A stretch of 64,000 bases of DNA from the human T2T-CHM13v2.0 reference genome, Homo sapiens. A program made the position numbers and the translations under genes. Location: assembly GCF_009914755.1 (NCBI RefSeq), contig NC_060932.1; one strand, given 5' to 3'. The notes below the pieces were generated by a model that worked only from the letters and a program-made list of their open reading frames with translations, did not search any database and had not been told where the DNA came from. Below, piece after piece: positions 1-13,770 of the stretch; positions within the stretch are counted from its first letter, which is position 1; every line of letters starts with the position of its first letter.

Positions 1-915
1 CAGAAGAAGACACACAAGTGGCCAAAAAGTATATAAAAATATGCACAAAATCACCAATCATCCAAGAAATGCAAATTAAAATCACAATGAGCTATCACCT
101 CAGACATGTTAAAATAGGTATTATCAAAAAGACAAAAGATAACTAGTGACAACAAGGATGTGGATAAAATAAAACCCTTGTTCATTGTTGGTGGAAATGT
201 AATTTAGTGCAGCCATTATGGAAAACATTATGGAATTTCTCAAAAATATTAAAACATAGCTACCATATAATCCAGCAATTATACTTCTGGGCATATATCC
301 AAAGAATTTAAAATCAGTATATTAAAGAGATATCTACACCAATTTTCATTTCAGCATTACTTACAATAGCCAAGATTCATCAACAGATGAATGGATAAAG
401 AAAATGCCCAGTATTTATTTCTCCTATTCCATTGTCCACAATGGAATACTTTTCAGCCTTAACAAAATGAGAAAATTATGTCATTTGCAACAACATGGAG
501 GAAGCTTGAGGACATTATGCTTAGTGAAATAGGCCAGGCACAGAAAGACAAATATTGCATTATATCACTTATATATGAAATCTAGAAAAGTCAAACTTAG
601 AATTAGGGAACAGAATGATGGTTACCAGAGTTTGGAGGTAAAGAAGTGGAGAGATTTTAGTCAGAGGGTACAAAGTTTCAGTTAGACAGATGGAATGAGG
701 TTTTGAGGTCTATCATACAGTATGCTGAATATAGTTAATAATAATGTAATTCATATTTCAAAAATGCTATTAGAGTAGATTGCAATTTTTCACACCACAA
801 AAATAATTATGTGAGGTGATGAATATGTAATTTATCTTAAGTATTCCATAATGTATGCATATATAAAAACATCATATTGTACCCATAAATAAATATATTT
901 ATTTTATTTAAAAAT
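1..915 (+). mobile_element. LINE-1 3' end (L1MA-type)
   Basis: ORF2 C-terminal and 3' UTR motifs (gaaatgcaaattaaaatcacaatgag; caacatgga..cttgaggacattatgct) and an A-rich end. Confidence 0.85.
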
Positions 916-1026
916 TAATTACAAACACCCAATCTGTAATGTGAAAGTCACTTTTAAGGAAGTAGAGAAAAAAGTAAATTAAGAAAGCAATGATACAAAA
1001 CCAATGGGAAAGAAAATCTAATGACA

Positions 1027-1454
1027 TGTGATGGTTAATTTCATGTGTCAATTTTGGTAGGCCATGTTGCTCAGATATTTGGTCAAACATTATTCTTGGT
1101 GTTTCTATGAGAGTGCTTTAAATGTGGTTCACGCTGGCGGACTTTGAGTAAAGTGGATTGTCCTCCATAATGTGGGTTGGCCTCATCCCATCTGTTGAAT
1201 ACTGGAGAGAATGAAAAGACTGACCTTCCTCCAACAGGAACTTCAGCATCAGGTCCTTTTGCGTTTTCAGCCTGATAGCCTCTGGACCTCAATTGTAGCA
1301 TCAACTCTTCCTCTCTCCATCCTGCTGGCCAACTCTGCTGATTTTGAACACGTCAGCCTCTGTAATCATATAAGCCAATTCCTTATGATAGACAGCTTTC
1401 TATTTATATAAACCTCCTATTGATTCTGTTTCTCTGGAGAACCCTGACTAATAT
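1027..1454 (+). mobile_element. MLT2-family (ERVL) solo LTR
   Basis: Termini tgtgatggttaattt...gtttctctggagaaccctgactaata. Confidence 0.85.
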
Positions 1455-2059
1455 AGTAAGAAAAACTAACAATGGCAGTTCAAGATAAGTGAAATTATCA
1501 TGAATAAAGTAGCATGAAAACTATTCCAAGTTATTAAAGAATAGAAGTTTATTGAAATAAAGGTGCCCTGAATGAGAAAAAAAATTTCAAGAAACTCTGA
1601 TAAAAACTTATATCACTGAGGTATAATGAAATTAATATATTGGACTTTGTAATTAAATAATGAAAAATCCTATGGGCATCTTGGCCACAAAGAAAGTCAA
1701 TAATGAGGTTAGGAAAACTGACTCGTGTTGGGCTTTGACAAAATGGAGTGCTTACAAGTGAGTCAAATAATTTCTATGAACTTAGTAGAGGACATACAGT
1801 ATCTCAACAATGTTTTACACAGTCAAATTCACATTGTAGTATAAACATTCTCACTTTTTCAAGAATTCTAAGACTGCAATATCTATGGAACTTTGTGGCA
1901 ATGTTACTTAAATCAATACAGCCAAACAGGAACCGAAATACACAATTTAACAGATACATGTAGAAAATCGGTGGGATCATAACGATAGTTCCAGAAAAAA
2001 TCATTTGGAAAAATTCCACATCCATTCATGATTAAAAAGTATGAATAGAGAACTTTATT

Positions 2060-2398
<339 letters not shown>

Positions 2399-2453
2399 CT
2401 ATGAGAAACCTACAGCTAACATAATAAATGTAAATGACTGAATGTTTTCCACC

Positions 2454-2820
2454 TGCTATAAACTGCATGTTTATGTACCCCACAAATCCACATGTGGAAA
2501 CTCCCCCAAAAAGATGGGATTAGGAGGTCAGACTTTGGAAGGTAATTAGATTAGTTGATAAGAACCCAGCCCTCCTGATGGAATTAATTTTCTTACAAAA
2601 AGAGGGCAGCATTCAGAGGATCTTTATCTCTGCTCTCTGCCATGTGAAGACACAAAGAGAAGACAGCAGTCTGCAAGCCAGGAAGAGAATTCTTACCAGA
2701 TATCAGATCTATGAGTGCCTTCATCTTGAACATTTTTGTCTGAAGAAATGTGAAAAAGCATGTTTGCTGTTTAAGCCACCCAGTCCATGTATATTTGTTA
2801 CAGCAATTTAAACTAAGATG
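2454..2820 (+). mobile_element. MLT1-family (MaLR) LTR
   Basis: tgctat..actg.atgtt start, gccatgtgaagacaca, and tgtttaagccacccagt...aactaaga end. Confidence 0.8.
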
Positions 2821-3229
2821 GGATTGGGATTACTACTTCCATTCAATATTTTACCAAAGTTTCCAGTGTAACACGAAAAGTAACAATAATAAAGGGCATA
2901 GAGTTTAAAAAGGAAATGGTAATCCTACTTATCTGGATCCTTACTCTCCACATAAAAAATCCTAAAAAGTCACCACTAAAAGTACCAGGACTAATAAGAA
3001 TTTAACAAGTCACATGAAATAGAGGAATTAGCATTGTTAAATTGTTCATTATTCCCAAATTGATCTGTAGATTCAGTGCAATACTAATGGGAATTCTAGG
3101 AAGCATTTTTTTTTGTAAAAATTGGTTATCAAATTCATAAAGAAATTCAAATATCCTAGAGTAGTCAAACAGTTTTATAAGGTAGAATAAGAAGGACAAC
3201 TTGTATTTTTCTTAAAAGGAAAGGAGAAC

Positions 3230-3409
3230 ATACTTCTTAAAAGACCAGATTGTAAATATCTTAAGCTTGTGAGAAATGTGGTCTGTTGAATCCACTTCAT
3301 TCTGCCTTTGTAACATGAAAGCTGCATAAATGATATGTAAATAAATGATTATGGCTGTGTTCCAATGAAATATTATTTTGAAAACAGGGCCATAGTTTGC
3401 TGACCCCTG
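3230..3409. mobile_element. MER58-like hAT-Charlie DNA transposon
   Basis: Terminal ggccatagtttgctgacccctg and internal atggctgtgttccaat. Confidence 0.75.
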
Positions 3410-4869
3410 CATATTGTGTTATTGGCATAAGAATAGACATATAGAACAGTAAAACAGAATGGAGAAATCAGAAGTAGACCTATATATTATTGGTTGACTT
3501 TTTACAAAGGTGCAAGGACTTTCAAAGGGTAAAAAATTATCTTTTCAACAAAGGATGCTGGAAGAATTGTATACCATATAGAATAAAATATACTTTGACT
3601 CATGTAGAAAATGAATTAGACATAGACTTATATGTCAAGGCTAAACAAAATTTCTAGTGGAAACTTTAGGAAAAAACAAATTAGTGGGTCACAAACATGT
3701 GAAAGATATTCAACATCATTACTCATCAGAGAATGGCAAAGAAAACCTCAGTGAGCTGTCAATACAGACCAACAAGAATAAATATAACAAAAAAGACTGA
3801 CAATACAAAATATAGGTAAGGATGTGGAGCAATGGGAATTGATTTATTCTTGTTGAGAATGAAAATGATCAAACACTTAGGAAAGCGATTTGGCTTATTT
3901 GTACTATTTATACACTCACAATTACCATATGACTCAGGTATTCTATTTATACATATTTACCAAGAAAAATAAGAACACATAACTGCACAAAGACCTGGAT
4001 ATTCAGAGAGGCTTTATTTATAATTGCTAAAATGTGTTAGTAATCCAAGTGACCATCACCAGGTGAATGTGTAAACAAATTGTGATGTATCTATAAATGG
4101 TACACTACTTAGCAATAAAAACTAATGGACAACTAGTAATCACAACATTGATGAATACTGAGTGAAAGAAGCCAGATATTTTAAAAGTGCATGCCATATG
4201 ATTCCAGTTATATGAAATTTCAGAACAGATTATTGATAGTAAGAGGAAGCAGATCATCTGTTGTCTTGAATCATGTGATCTATTGACACAGTAGAGGATG
4301 TTGGAAACATTCTTTATCTTAGTTGTGAAAAATGCATATGTAGGAGTGTACTGCAACTCTTATAACTTTATACTTAAACCTGATGCATTTTATTGGAACA
4401 TAAAGCTCAACAAAGTTAATATAAAAGTTATAAGTATAAAAATGATGAGAAAAGAGAGACATCATTTGGGGTAAAGTTGTTTAGCTTAAAGGTAAGGGTG
4501 ATACCTTACAGAGTACCCACGAATTTTTCAGAGGATGGAAACATTAAATTCTCTCATTTTTTGAAGACATTAATTAGGAAGAATATAAAATTAAAGCTTC
4601 CTGTTGTTTACTAAAATTCTTATTTGGACTCTGACCTGCTTATTTACTAAGTAGATATGCATCCCCTTATTTTCCTATGATCTACATCTATATCTATTGT
4701 CAGAGCTATAGCTATATCTATGTGTCTGTATCTGTGTTTGTATAGAACTGTATCTACTTTACCTCTGTGCAGGTGTGTATACATATATGGTATATATAAA
4801 TATATAGCATATAATAATTTCAATGTAAAATTTTTGAAATTGGTTTAATTCGTGTACTCTGTTTCACAG

Positions 4870-4935
4870 AAAGAGTCACATGTTGCACTATTGAAAAGAA
4901 CCCTGAAAATACAAATCATTATGGATAAAGCTTTG
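4870..4935 (+). pseudogene. ADAM3-like exon: KESHVALLKRTLKIQIIMDKAL (start of metalloprotease-like domain)
   Basis: tttcacag| acceptor and |gtatgc donor, 66 nt, phase 0-0. Resembles the Adam3 'KRTLKMKIIMDKA' segment. Confidence 0.85.
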
Positions 4936-6597
4936 GTATGCATTACTGATATATTTCATTATATCTTTGTTTTTTGTTTAAAATCAGGAGGAATATGCAA
5001 AAGAAATTTCTATTGTTTGCAATGCAGGCATATTTTACTCTGTTCAAAATATGTGTCTCGGTAAAACAGGACATTAAGAAATGTTATCAATGGTCTTTAT
5101 ATTGACATCGGGAGATATATTTAGGTATTGATTACCAAATTCATATAAAAGTCTAGCAATAATGTACACATTTTTACAGAAGAGCTCTACCACACTATAA
5201 TCTACTGGATTATAACTAGTAGCAGATATTCTGGATCCACTTCAGCTCTTAGATGAAGCCTTTTACCTAAATTGATTATCATTTTAAAACAAGCTATTTC
5301 ACTTATTCAATTGGAAATCTTTCTCATTAAATACTATATGTATCAAAATTATGATATGCTTTATAATTGCTCGAGTTCTCTTTTAGCGGCTCTGTATTTT
5401 AAAAATGAGAAGAATTATTTATAAGAACATTCAGGTTGCTACAGAAATTATTGTTTACATCAATCAGTTTCAGCAAGAACTTATTGTCAGTAAGTTAAAT
5501 TAACTGATTTGTTCATTATCATTGATATTTTTGCATAAAGTCTCTTAATGAGTGTCAGAATGTTCTAAATTTTGTTCCTAAAACAAAATGTTTGTATAAC
5601 TTAATACATTTTTATAAAAATAATAATAGAAAAATATAGATGAATAAAATAATTTATGACAAGGTGATAAATTATATGCATATATTTCTGTTTTTCATAT
5701 AATGTATATATACATAAACCTTTATTTTATATATGCTATTTTATGAACTGTTTTATAATGTTTTCCCTCATATTCATTAAATACATCATGTCAATTTAAT
5801 TTCAATATTTATATATTGTCTATTTAATATGTTTAATGGAATTTAATCTATTTTACTAGCAAATGCCTTTCAGGACATTTAGATTTTATTATTATTGTTA
5901 TTACATGAGGAATAATACTCTTTGGCAGAAAAACAAGATCACAAGCATTGAAATTGTGCTTTGCCGCAGCTAAAATTAAATCCATCAGCCTACTTTCCTG
6001 TCCCCACTTAGCCATATACCTTCTTACCATCCCAGTAACAATGGAAACCATTTTTAATGAAAAAGCCATCCTTCAAAAACAACCAGAGAGTTTTTTTGAA
6101 ATAATATCCTATGATTAGTATTTCCCCTCTTTTTATTTTAAACTTATCTATCTTTAGTTTTAAAGTATAACACTGGGAAACAGCATATTGATTGACAGTC
6201 TTTGTCCCTCCCTATCTAGTGAGATAACCCCTGCCTTTTCATTAGAACCTTTAGTTGGTTTATGTTTATCAAAAGTACTGATAACTATATATGTAAGTTA
6301 AGTTCTACTTTGCTATTAGTGTTCTTTTTTTCAAATCACTTATTTGCTGCTTTGTTCCTTGTTTCCTACCCGTGGGTTATTGGCTTATTTTTAGTACTTA
6401 TTTTTATCTTTTATACTGATTTTTTTTTTTTTGCTATCTTCTGTTTCCAGACCTTCATCCCAGCAGTTTTTCTAGTTGCTACAATTAGCACTCTTATCAT
6501 TATCTAGAATTACCACCTCATATATGATGTAAGAGCCATAAAACAGTAAAGCTTCATTTAACCCAAATCAGTCATTGTTATTATTGTTATTTTGTTG

Positions 6598-6598
6598 T

Positions 6599-6659
<61 letters not shown>

Positions 6660-6940
6660 AGACAGAGTTTGGCTCTTGTTGCCCAGGCTGGAGTACAATG
6701 GCACAATCGCAGCACACTGCAACCTCCGACTCCGGGGTTCAAGCAATTCTCCTGCCTCAGCCTCCTGAGTAGCTAGGATTACAAGCATGCACCACCATGT
6801 CCGATTAATTTTGTATTTTTAGTAGAGATGGGGTTTCTGCAAGTTGGTCAGACTGGTCTTGAACTCCCGACCTCAGGTGATCCACCTGCCTCGGTCTCCC
6901 AAAGTGCTGGGATTACAGGCGTGAGTCACTGTGCCCGGCC
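6598..6940 (-). mobile_element. AluS (Sp/Sq-like) with (TA)n-poly(T) tail
   Basis: Reverse Alu ending gtgcccggcc, containing ctcttgttgcccagg, with a long T run preceded by (TA)n. Confidence 0.95.
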
Positions 6941-8705
6941 CATTGTAATATATTTTCATTCTTATGTGTCATAAATTCACAAGAAATTAATTTTTAATTG
7001 AGTAGTTGTTGTTTAAAGAAATTAAAGAAAGAATATATTTTATGTTTCTCCACATATTTACCATTTCCAAGGCTTTTAATTCCTTCTAATAGGTCTGTGT
7101 TTCTGATATGTATCTTTTGACTGTTGAATTCTCTTTAGCTTTTGTTTGTCTGAAATTATCTTTACTTGTTAAATACTTTACTTGTAAATAACATCAACTT
7201 TCAGAAAAGTTGCAACATTGAGAATTATACAAAGAATGCCTCTATTCTCTTTATCTATATGATTTGTTAATTTGTATCTTATTATCACTTTGCTCTCTCC
7301 ATGTAAAAGCAAGTTGTATATTGCATCATGGAGCATTATTCTCAAATATTTCAGAGTGTATTTACATAGAACAAGAACGTTATCTTTTATAATCACAGTG
7401 GAGTTATATGCCTCAGAAAGAATAGCCACATACTTTTATCTTCTATCACTTCATTGCTCTGTAGTTGGATAATATAAGTGATACGATGTATTATATTTAA
7501 AGAAGCTGTTTTATGGTCTAACATGGATCAGTTTAAATAAGACTTTCATATATGTTTGAAAAATATATATAATCTCTGAAGCTTACATATATGTGTATGA
7601 TATCCGCCATTTGCTTGGGTTTTAAAATCTTGTGTATTGTTACCGTTAATTCATCTGCCTGATCTATTAGTTATTGAGATAAATGCATAGCAATATCTCA
7701 CTCTAATAGTCAATTCCTATTTATTATTTTATTAGTTTCTTTCATGTATTTTATAGCCATATTATTAGGTATAAGTAAGTTTAGAATAGGTTTTTCTGAT
7801 GAGTTGAATATTTTTATCAATATGTTGTGATAAGCATGTCCATTTTTTGCCTTTAAGCTCTATAATAGTTATATATTAAACACAACTATTAATATATAAC
7901 TATCAATGTAACTATTATGTTAACTAATATAACTATCATATAACATAAAATGCTTATTTTCTAGTATTTTTCTGGTATATTGTCATCCTTTAGCTCTTAG
8001 TATTTCTGTGTCCTTATGTTTTCAGGGTTTTAAATTTGTTTATACAGGGTTTTCTTTACCCTCTTTGTCCTTTAGTATTTGATCTGTTGATATCTTGTGG
8101 TTATTTGGATTCACTTCCACTATCATGCTTTTGTTTTCTGCTGTCTTGCTTTTCATATGTTTAGCCTTGTAAAGGAGCACCTTCCCTCATACCACATATC
8201 CTACATTGTGTAAACGTGTAATACGGTTAATTGAGGAAGGTTACATACAGAGAACTAGGAAAATGTAAAACTGTTTCTAAAAGGCCTGGACTCCAAGTTA
8301 GGAAGATAACATCTCTTTTGTCTATATCAGAGAGGAAAATTCTATTTCATTATTTTTTTCTGTCAGGAGTCTTCTGCAGACTTGCTGGAGACTATTGAAG
8401 ATCCCAAGCTATGAATTTTTGTGTTTTCAGCAAACAGAAATGTGTGTGTACACTATTTGCTACAATGTTTCAGAGAAAATACTGTAATTTTTCTCTTGAA
8501 TGAGGATATATTATTGAAATTAATAACCATTGCAGTACTCAGGGCAGTGTGTTTAGAAGGCACATTGTTTATCCAGGATATATAGTCATGTTGTTTTATT
8601 GGAATGAAAATGAATGATGGAAGTATACAACAGTAGACAAAATAGGCTTAGTAGTTGAGTAAAAAGTCTGAGGCCTGGTTCTGATCTTTGATGAATATGT
8701 GCTCT

Positions 8706-9203
8706 TGTGGAACAGGAATTAAGAAAAATTAAGGAGTGTGTAAGCAGAAACTCAGTTGTATGTAAGAAAACCCAATTCCCCCTAAGAAAGAGAAAGAGTT
8801 GGAGTCCTTTAAAAATTAACTGCCTGTTTTACTGCGGCCAGTGAGCCTTATCTCTCCTCCTTTCCCAGGCATTGTGAAAACCCTGATTCCCTAGCTGTGC
8901 AGCTGCAAGGTCACTAGACAGATAAACTCAAGTCGCAAAACATGTTTTTCCTTGAAAAGTAAGAAATGATGTAATGCATGTCACGATTAATTAAATAACT
9001 GTCTTTGTTTCTCGCTTCTGTAATATGCTTCCCCCTGCACAGATCTGCCCCCGCCCCCATGAAATGCTTAAAAGGTAACAACTTGTTGTTCAGGGCTCGG
9101 TCCTTTGGATGTTAACCTGACTGGGCCGGTGCACCTAAATAATTAATAAATATCCTTCTGAACCCCATCTGTCTCTCTGATTCCTTAAAAATATCCTGCA
9201 ACA
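8706..9203 (+). mobile_element. Solo ERV LTR (probably ERVK class, LTR14-like)
   Basis: TG...CA termini, ~500 bp, AATAAA near the 3' end. Family recalled from memory, and no clear TSD seen. Confidence 0.65.
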
Positions 9204-9452
9204 TTGGAAACTTCACTTTTTGACTTTTCATATATACATATATGTAAGGAAGATAATCACAACTATCTCATTTTAATATCATTAATTAATGTATAAAGTC
9301 TCTAGGGTTATGCCTCAAACTTAGCAGTTAATTTTGTTTTTGTCTCTTCACTTTAGCACTGCATTATTCTAACATTTTATATTTAAATACATTTACAATG
9401 TGATAGTTCAGTCATTTTCACTAGGGATTAAGAAAGAAAATTTGTCTTTCAG

Positions 9453-9524
9453 TATGCTTATATGGGCTCTGATGTGACAGCTGCAGCTGAGAAAGTTGTC
9501 CATATCTTTGGTCTTATCAACACT
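9453..9524 (+). pseudogene. ADAM3-like exon: YAYMGSDVTAAAEKVVHIFGLINT
   Basis: tttgtctttcag| acceptor and |gtaagt donor, 72 nt. Contains the sperm-ADAM motif 'YMGS...KVVHIFGLINT'. Confidence 0.93.
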
Positions 9525-9757
9525 GTAAGTATTTATCTTCAGTATTTAATAACAAACATTTATTTTAATGCAGTAGCACTGTTTATATAAATAGCATTTT
9601 CATTTTTATAAAAACTACAGTTGTGCTAACTAGTTTCATCCACCAATGGATTCTTCTCCAAAAAATAGTAAATTGAATATATTAGCATTATGTATGGAGA
9701 TGTAATGTTATATTTATGGTCACCCAAAACTGTATATCATATAGCTTCTGTTTTCAG

Positions 9758-9924
9758 ATGTTTTCTCAGCTTAAAACAAGTATTACGCTATCTTCTTTGG
9801 AGCTCTGGTCAGATGAAAATAAGATTTCAACTAATGGGGTTGCTGATGATGTACTACAAAGGTTTTTATCATGGAAACAAAAATTTATGTCTCAAAAGTC
9901 CAATATCGTGGCATATTTATTAAT
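9758..9924 (+). pseudogene. ADAM3-like exon: MFSQLKTSITLSSLELWSDENKISTNGVADDVLQRFLSWKQKFMSQKSNIVAYLL
   Basis: ttttcag| acceptor and |gtaagc donor, 167 nt, phase 0-2. Contains the reprolysin-domain motif 'LSSLELWS.ENKIST.G.ADDVLQRF'. Confidence 0.95.
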
Positions 9925-10829
9925 GTAAGCAATTTATTCACACTGATAGGAGGGTTTTCAAATATTTAATATGTTCACTATCAAAATTATACACAAAATT
10001 TATTATATGTATAATGCTAAGACACCTTAAAAAGATTTATTAATACTGCATTACCAAAATGCAGAATATAAAAATCTGATAACCATATAATGCACTAATT
10101 AAATCATAGTAGGACATTGTTCTTAAAGTGGACCATTTACTTATGGAAATGTAATGAGCTGAAAAATGTAAAGCTTTTGGATAAACATTGTGCCTTAATA
10201 ATTGTAAAGCTCTTCTTAGTGATAAATAGTTAAAACCATCATTTTATCATTATTTAAAATGTAAACCAATGGGATGCAAAATATGCAAAAATAATGAAAT
10301 GCAAAAATTTCATATGATGCTGGCTACAACACAAAACATTAAAATAGTAAATCACTGAAATGGATTACTTTATGATCCCTGTGGTTCTTCTGGCATTTCT
10401 ATGATAATATAATGTATAGCTGTTAAAACACTTGCTGTGTATCTTTGAAGAGTCTTTACGTGGATTTTTTTTTTAATTTTACTAATTTGATTATTTGGGG
10501 CCAAAAACACAATCCTAAAGATCTTAAGCAATACGTAATAAATTTGCAAATCTGTGATGTCTACTGTGGAAGCAGAAATAAGGTTTAGGAATTCAGAAGC
10601 AAAATTAACAAATGACTAAAATGTGTGAGGATATCGTACTACATCATCTCTCTCTTTTTTGTAATGAATGTACTGCATGTTCTATCTCTCTCTCTCACCT
10701 TTAACATTCCTTACAACGTTTAGTATTGGTTTACTATATGAAAATCATGGCAGTAAATAACCCTGACTTTTAGATTTTAGAATTTTATCCAGCCAGTTAT
10801 GATGACAGCAATAATTAATTTTGCGGAAA

Positions 10830-13770
10830 TTATCTTGCAAAATTGAAACTCTAAACCTGTTATACAACCCTCATTTTACCCCTGCCCCCAATCTCTGATA
10901 ACAACCAGTTTACTTTCTATTTCTACAAATGTGACAACTTTAGATTATTTATATAAGTAGAATTATGTAGTATTTTTCTTTTTGCAACTGACTTATTTCA
11001 CTTAACATAATGTCCTTACGGTTTGTTCATGTTGTAGTGTGTGACAAGATTTCATTCCTTTTTAAGGCTGAATAATAGTACATTGTTTGTGTATGTGTGT
11101 ACTTGTGATTTTATTCATTCACATGTCAATGGACACTTAGGTTGTTTCATAATTTGGCTATTTTGAATAATGCTGAAAACATAGGAGTACAGATAGCTCT
11201 TTAAAATCCTGATTTTAATTCTTTTGGATATACACCCAAGAGTGGGATTGACGGATCATATAATAGTTATATCATTAATTTTTGGGGAAATCACCATACT
11301 AATTCCATAGCAGTAGCACCATTTTATAATCCCATCAATAGTACGTAATTGTTCACATCTTATACACCACACTTTTATTCCTAGTTCATTTAATATTTTT
11401 ATTACAAAAGTGTGTGAAATCTTATGAAATGTATTTTCTACAACAATTGAGATGATCACTAGGTTTTTGTCCTTCATTATGCTAAAATAGTGTATCAAAT
11501 TGTTTTATTTGTATATGTTGAGCCATCATCGCATTCCAGGATTGAATCCCACTTGGTCATGATGCTTAATCCCTTTAACGTGCTACTGACTTCAATTTCG
11601 TATTATTTTGTTGGGGAGTTATGCATCAGTGGGTAATGGGGATATTGGGCTCTAGTTTTCTTTTCTTGTTGAGCCTTTGTCTGGCATTGCTATTAAGGTA
11701 ATGCTGGCCTCATAGAATGAGTTGAGACGTATTTCCTTTTCTTAATTCTTTGAAAGAGTTTGAAAAGAATTGATGTTAAATCTTCTTTACATGTTTCGTA
11801 GAAATCTCCACTGTAGAAATCTTATCCTGGGATTTTCTTTATTCAGATTTTGGAATACTATGTCTATTTTTTTACTAGTTCTGTGTCTTTCAGATTTTCT
11901 ATTTCTTCACGAGGCAATCTTGATAGTTTGTGTGTGTGTAGTAATTTCTACATTTCCTCTAGTTTATCCACTTTTTTGGCATATAGTTGTTCCTAGAATT
12001 GTCTTGTAAAATGTTTTTATTTCTGTGGCATCAGTTGTAATACCTCCTATTTCATTTCATATTTTAATTATTTGAGTATTTTCTCTTGTTTCTTAATCTA
12101 GCTAAGGGTTTGCCAATTTTGTTGATCTTTTCAAAAAAACAAAATCTTTGTTTCTTGATTTTTTTCTATTTGTTTTCTAGTTTTATTATATTTGTCCCTG
12201 CTTTAATCTTTACTATTTCTTTCTTCTGCTTGCTTGGGTTTAATTTAATTTTATTTTATTAGTTCCTTGAAATGTAACATTAGATTATCGATTTTAGATC
12301 TTTCTTCTTTTGTAACGTGTGTGTTTAGAGGTATTAACTTCCCTTCTAGTAATGTTTTCACTGGACCCCATAACTTTTGGTATACTGTGTTTTCATTTTA
12401 ATTTGAGAGAGTATTTTCTACTTTTCCTTGTGATTTCTTTGACTCGCCAATCATATAAGATTGTCTTGTTTGATTTCTATGTATTTCTGGATATACAAGT
12501 TTTCCATCTCTCATTGATTTTTAGTTTCTTTTCATTGAAACTGTAAAATATATTTTGCATAATTTGAATATTTTTAAAATTGTTGAGACTTGTTTCATTG
12601 TCTAACAGACATGCTGTGCTGTAAATGTTCAATTGCTCTTGACAAGAACATGCATTCTAATGTTGAGTGCAATGTTCTGTAAATATCTGTAAGGTCTAAT
12701 TGGTTTATACTGTTGTACAAGTTCATTATTTACTTACTCGTCTTCTATCTAGTTATTCTGTCTATTGTTGAAAGTGGAGTATTGAAGTATCCAACTACTA
12801 TTGTGCTGCCATTGTTTCCTTCAATTATTTAAAAACAATTGCTTCCTATATTTAGAAGCTCTGATATTTGATGTATAAGTACTTATAATTGTTATATCTT
12901 CTTGGTGAACTGACACTTTCGTCTGTAACTAGTGTCCTTTTTAGTCTCTTGTAACAGTTTTGGTTTACAGTATATTTTGTCTGATATTAATATAGCTATT
13001 TTGACTCTTCTCTGGCTACTATATGCATGAAATATGTTTTACAATCCTTTCCCTTTAGGCTAATGTGTGTCCTTGTATCTAAAGTGATTCTCCTGTAGAG
13101 AACATATACTTGGATCTTGTTTTTCATCTGATCAGCTAATCTGTTTTTGTAATGAGAGTTTATTCCATTTACATTTAAATGTATTACTGATAGGAAAGAA
13201 CCTATCACTGCTATTTTATTGCTTTCTTTATACCTTGTAGATTTTTGGTTCTCTATTAGTGCCTCCCTCTGTGTTTTATTGATTGTTGTGTGTTATATGA
13301 TTTCAATTCCTTCTCATTTTCTTCTGTATATAATCTCTAGACATTCTCTCTTTGTGGTTATCATTACAATTAGATGAAGTATCTTAATGTCATAACAGTC
13401 AATTTTAAACTTGTAACTTCAGTCAAATGCAAACCTCTATTATTTATAGATTCACTTCCATTTTATGTTATTGATATAACACATTATATCTTGACATGTT
13501 GTGTACCCATTATATAGATGTCCAGGAGAATTTTTTGTCTTTTAAATTCTATGAAAGAATTAAAAGTAAATTTGTGTCCCAAAATTATGACAATTTTATC
13601 ACACTTTTACCTTTATCAGAGAACTTTATAATTTTTATATGGCTTTGTGTTGCTCTCTGTTTTCTTTTGTTTTCCAACTTAAAAGCCTCCTTTCTCTAAC
13701 ATTTCTCACACATAAGGTTAGCTGTCAATGAACTCCCTCAACTTTGCTTTATCTGGAAAATTCTTGTTTC
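10830..13770 (-). mobile_element. Old L1 (L1M) fragments
   Basis: Antisense L1 3' UTR and ORF2 motifs. The ORF at 12996-13208 resembles the endonuclease start (LNVNGINS). Confidence 0.75.
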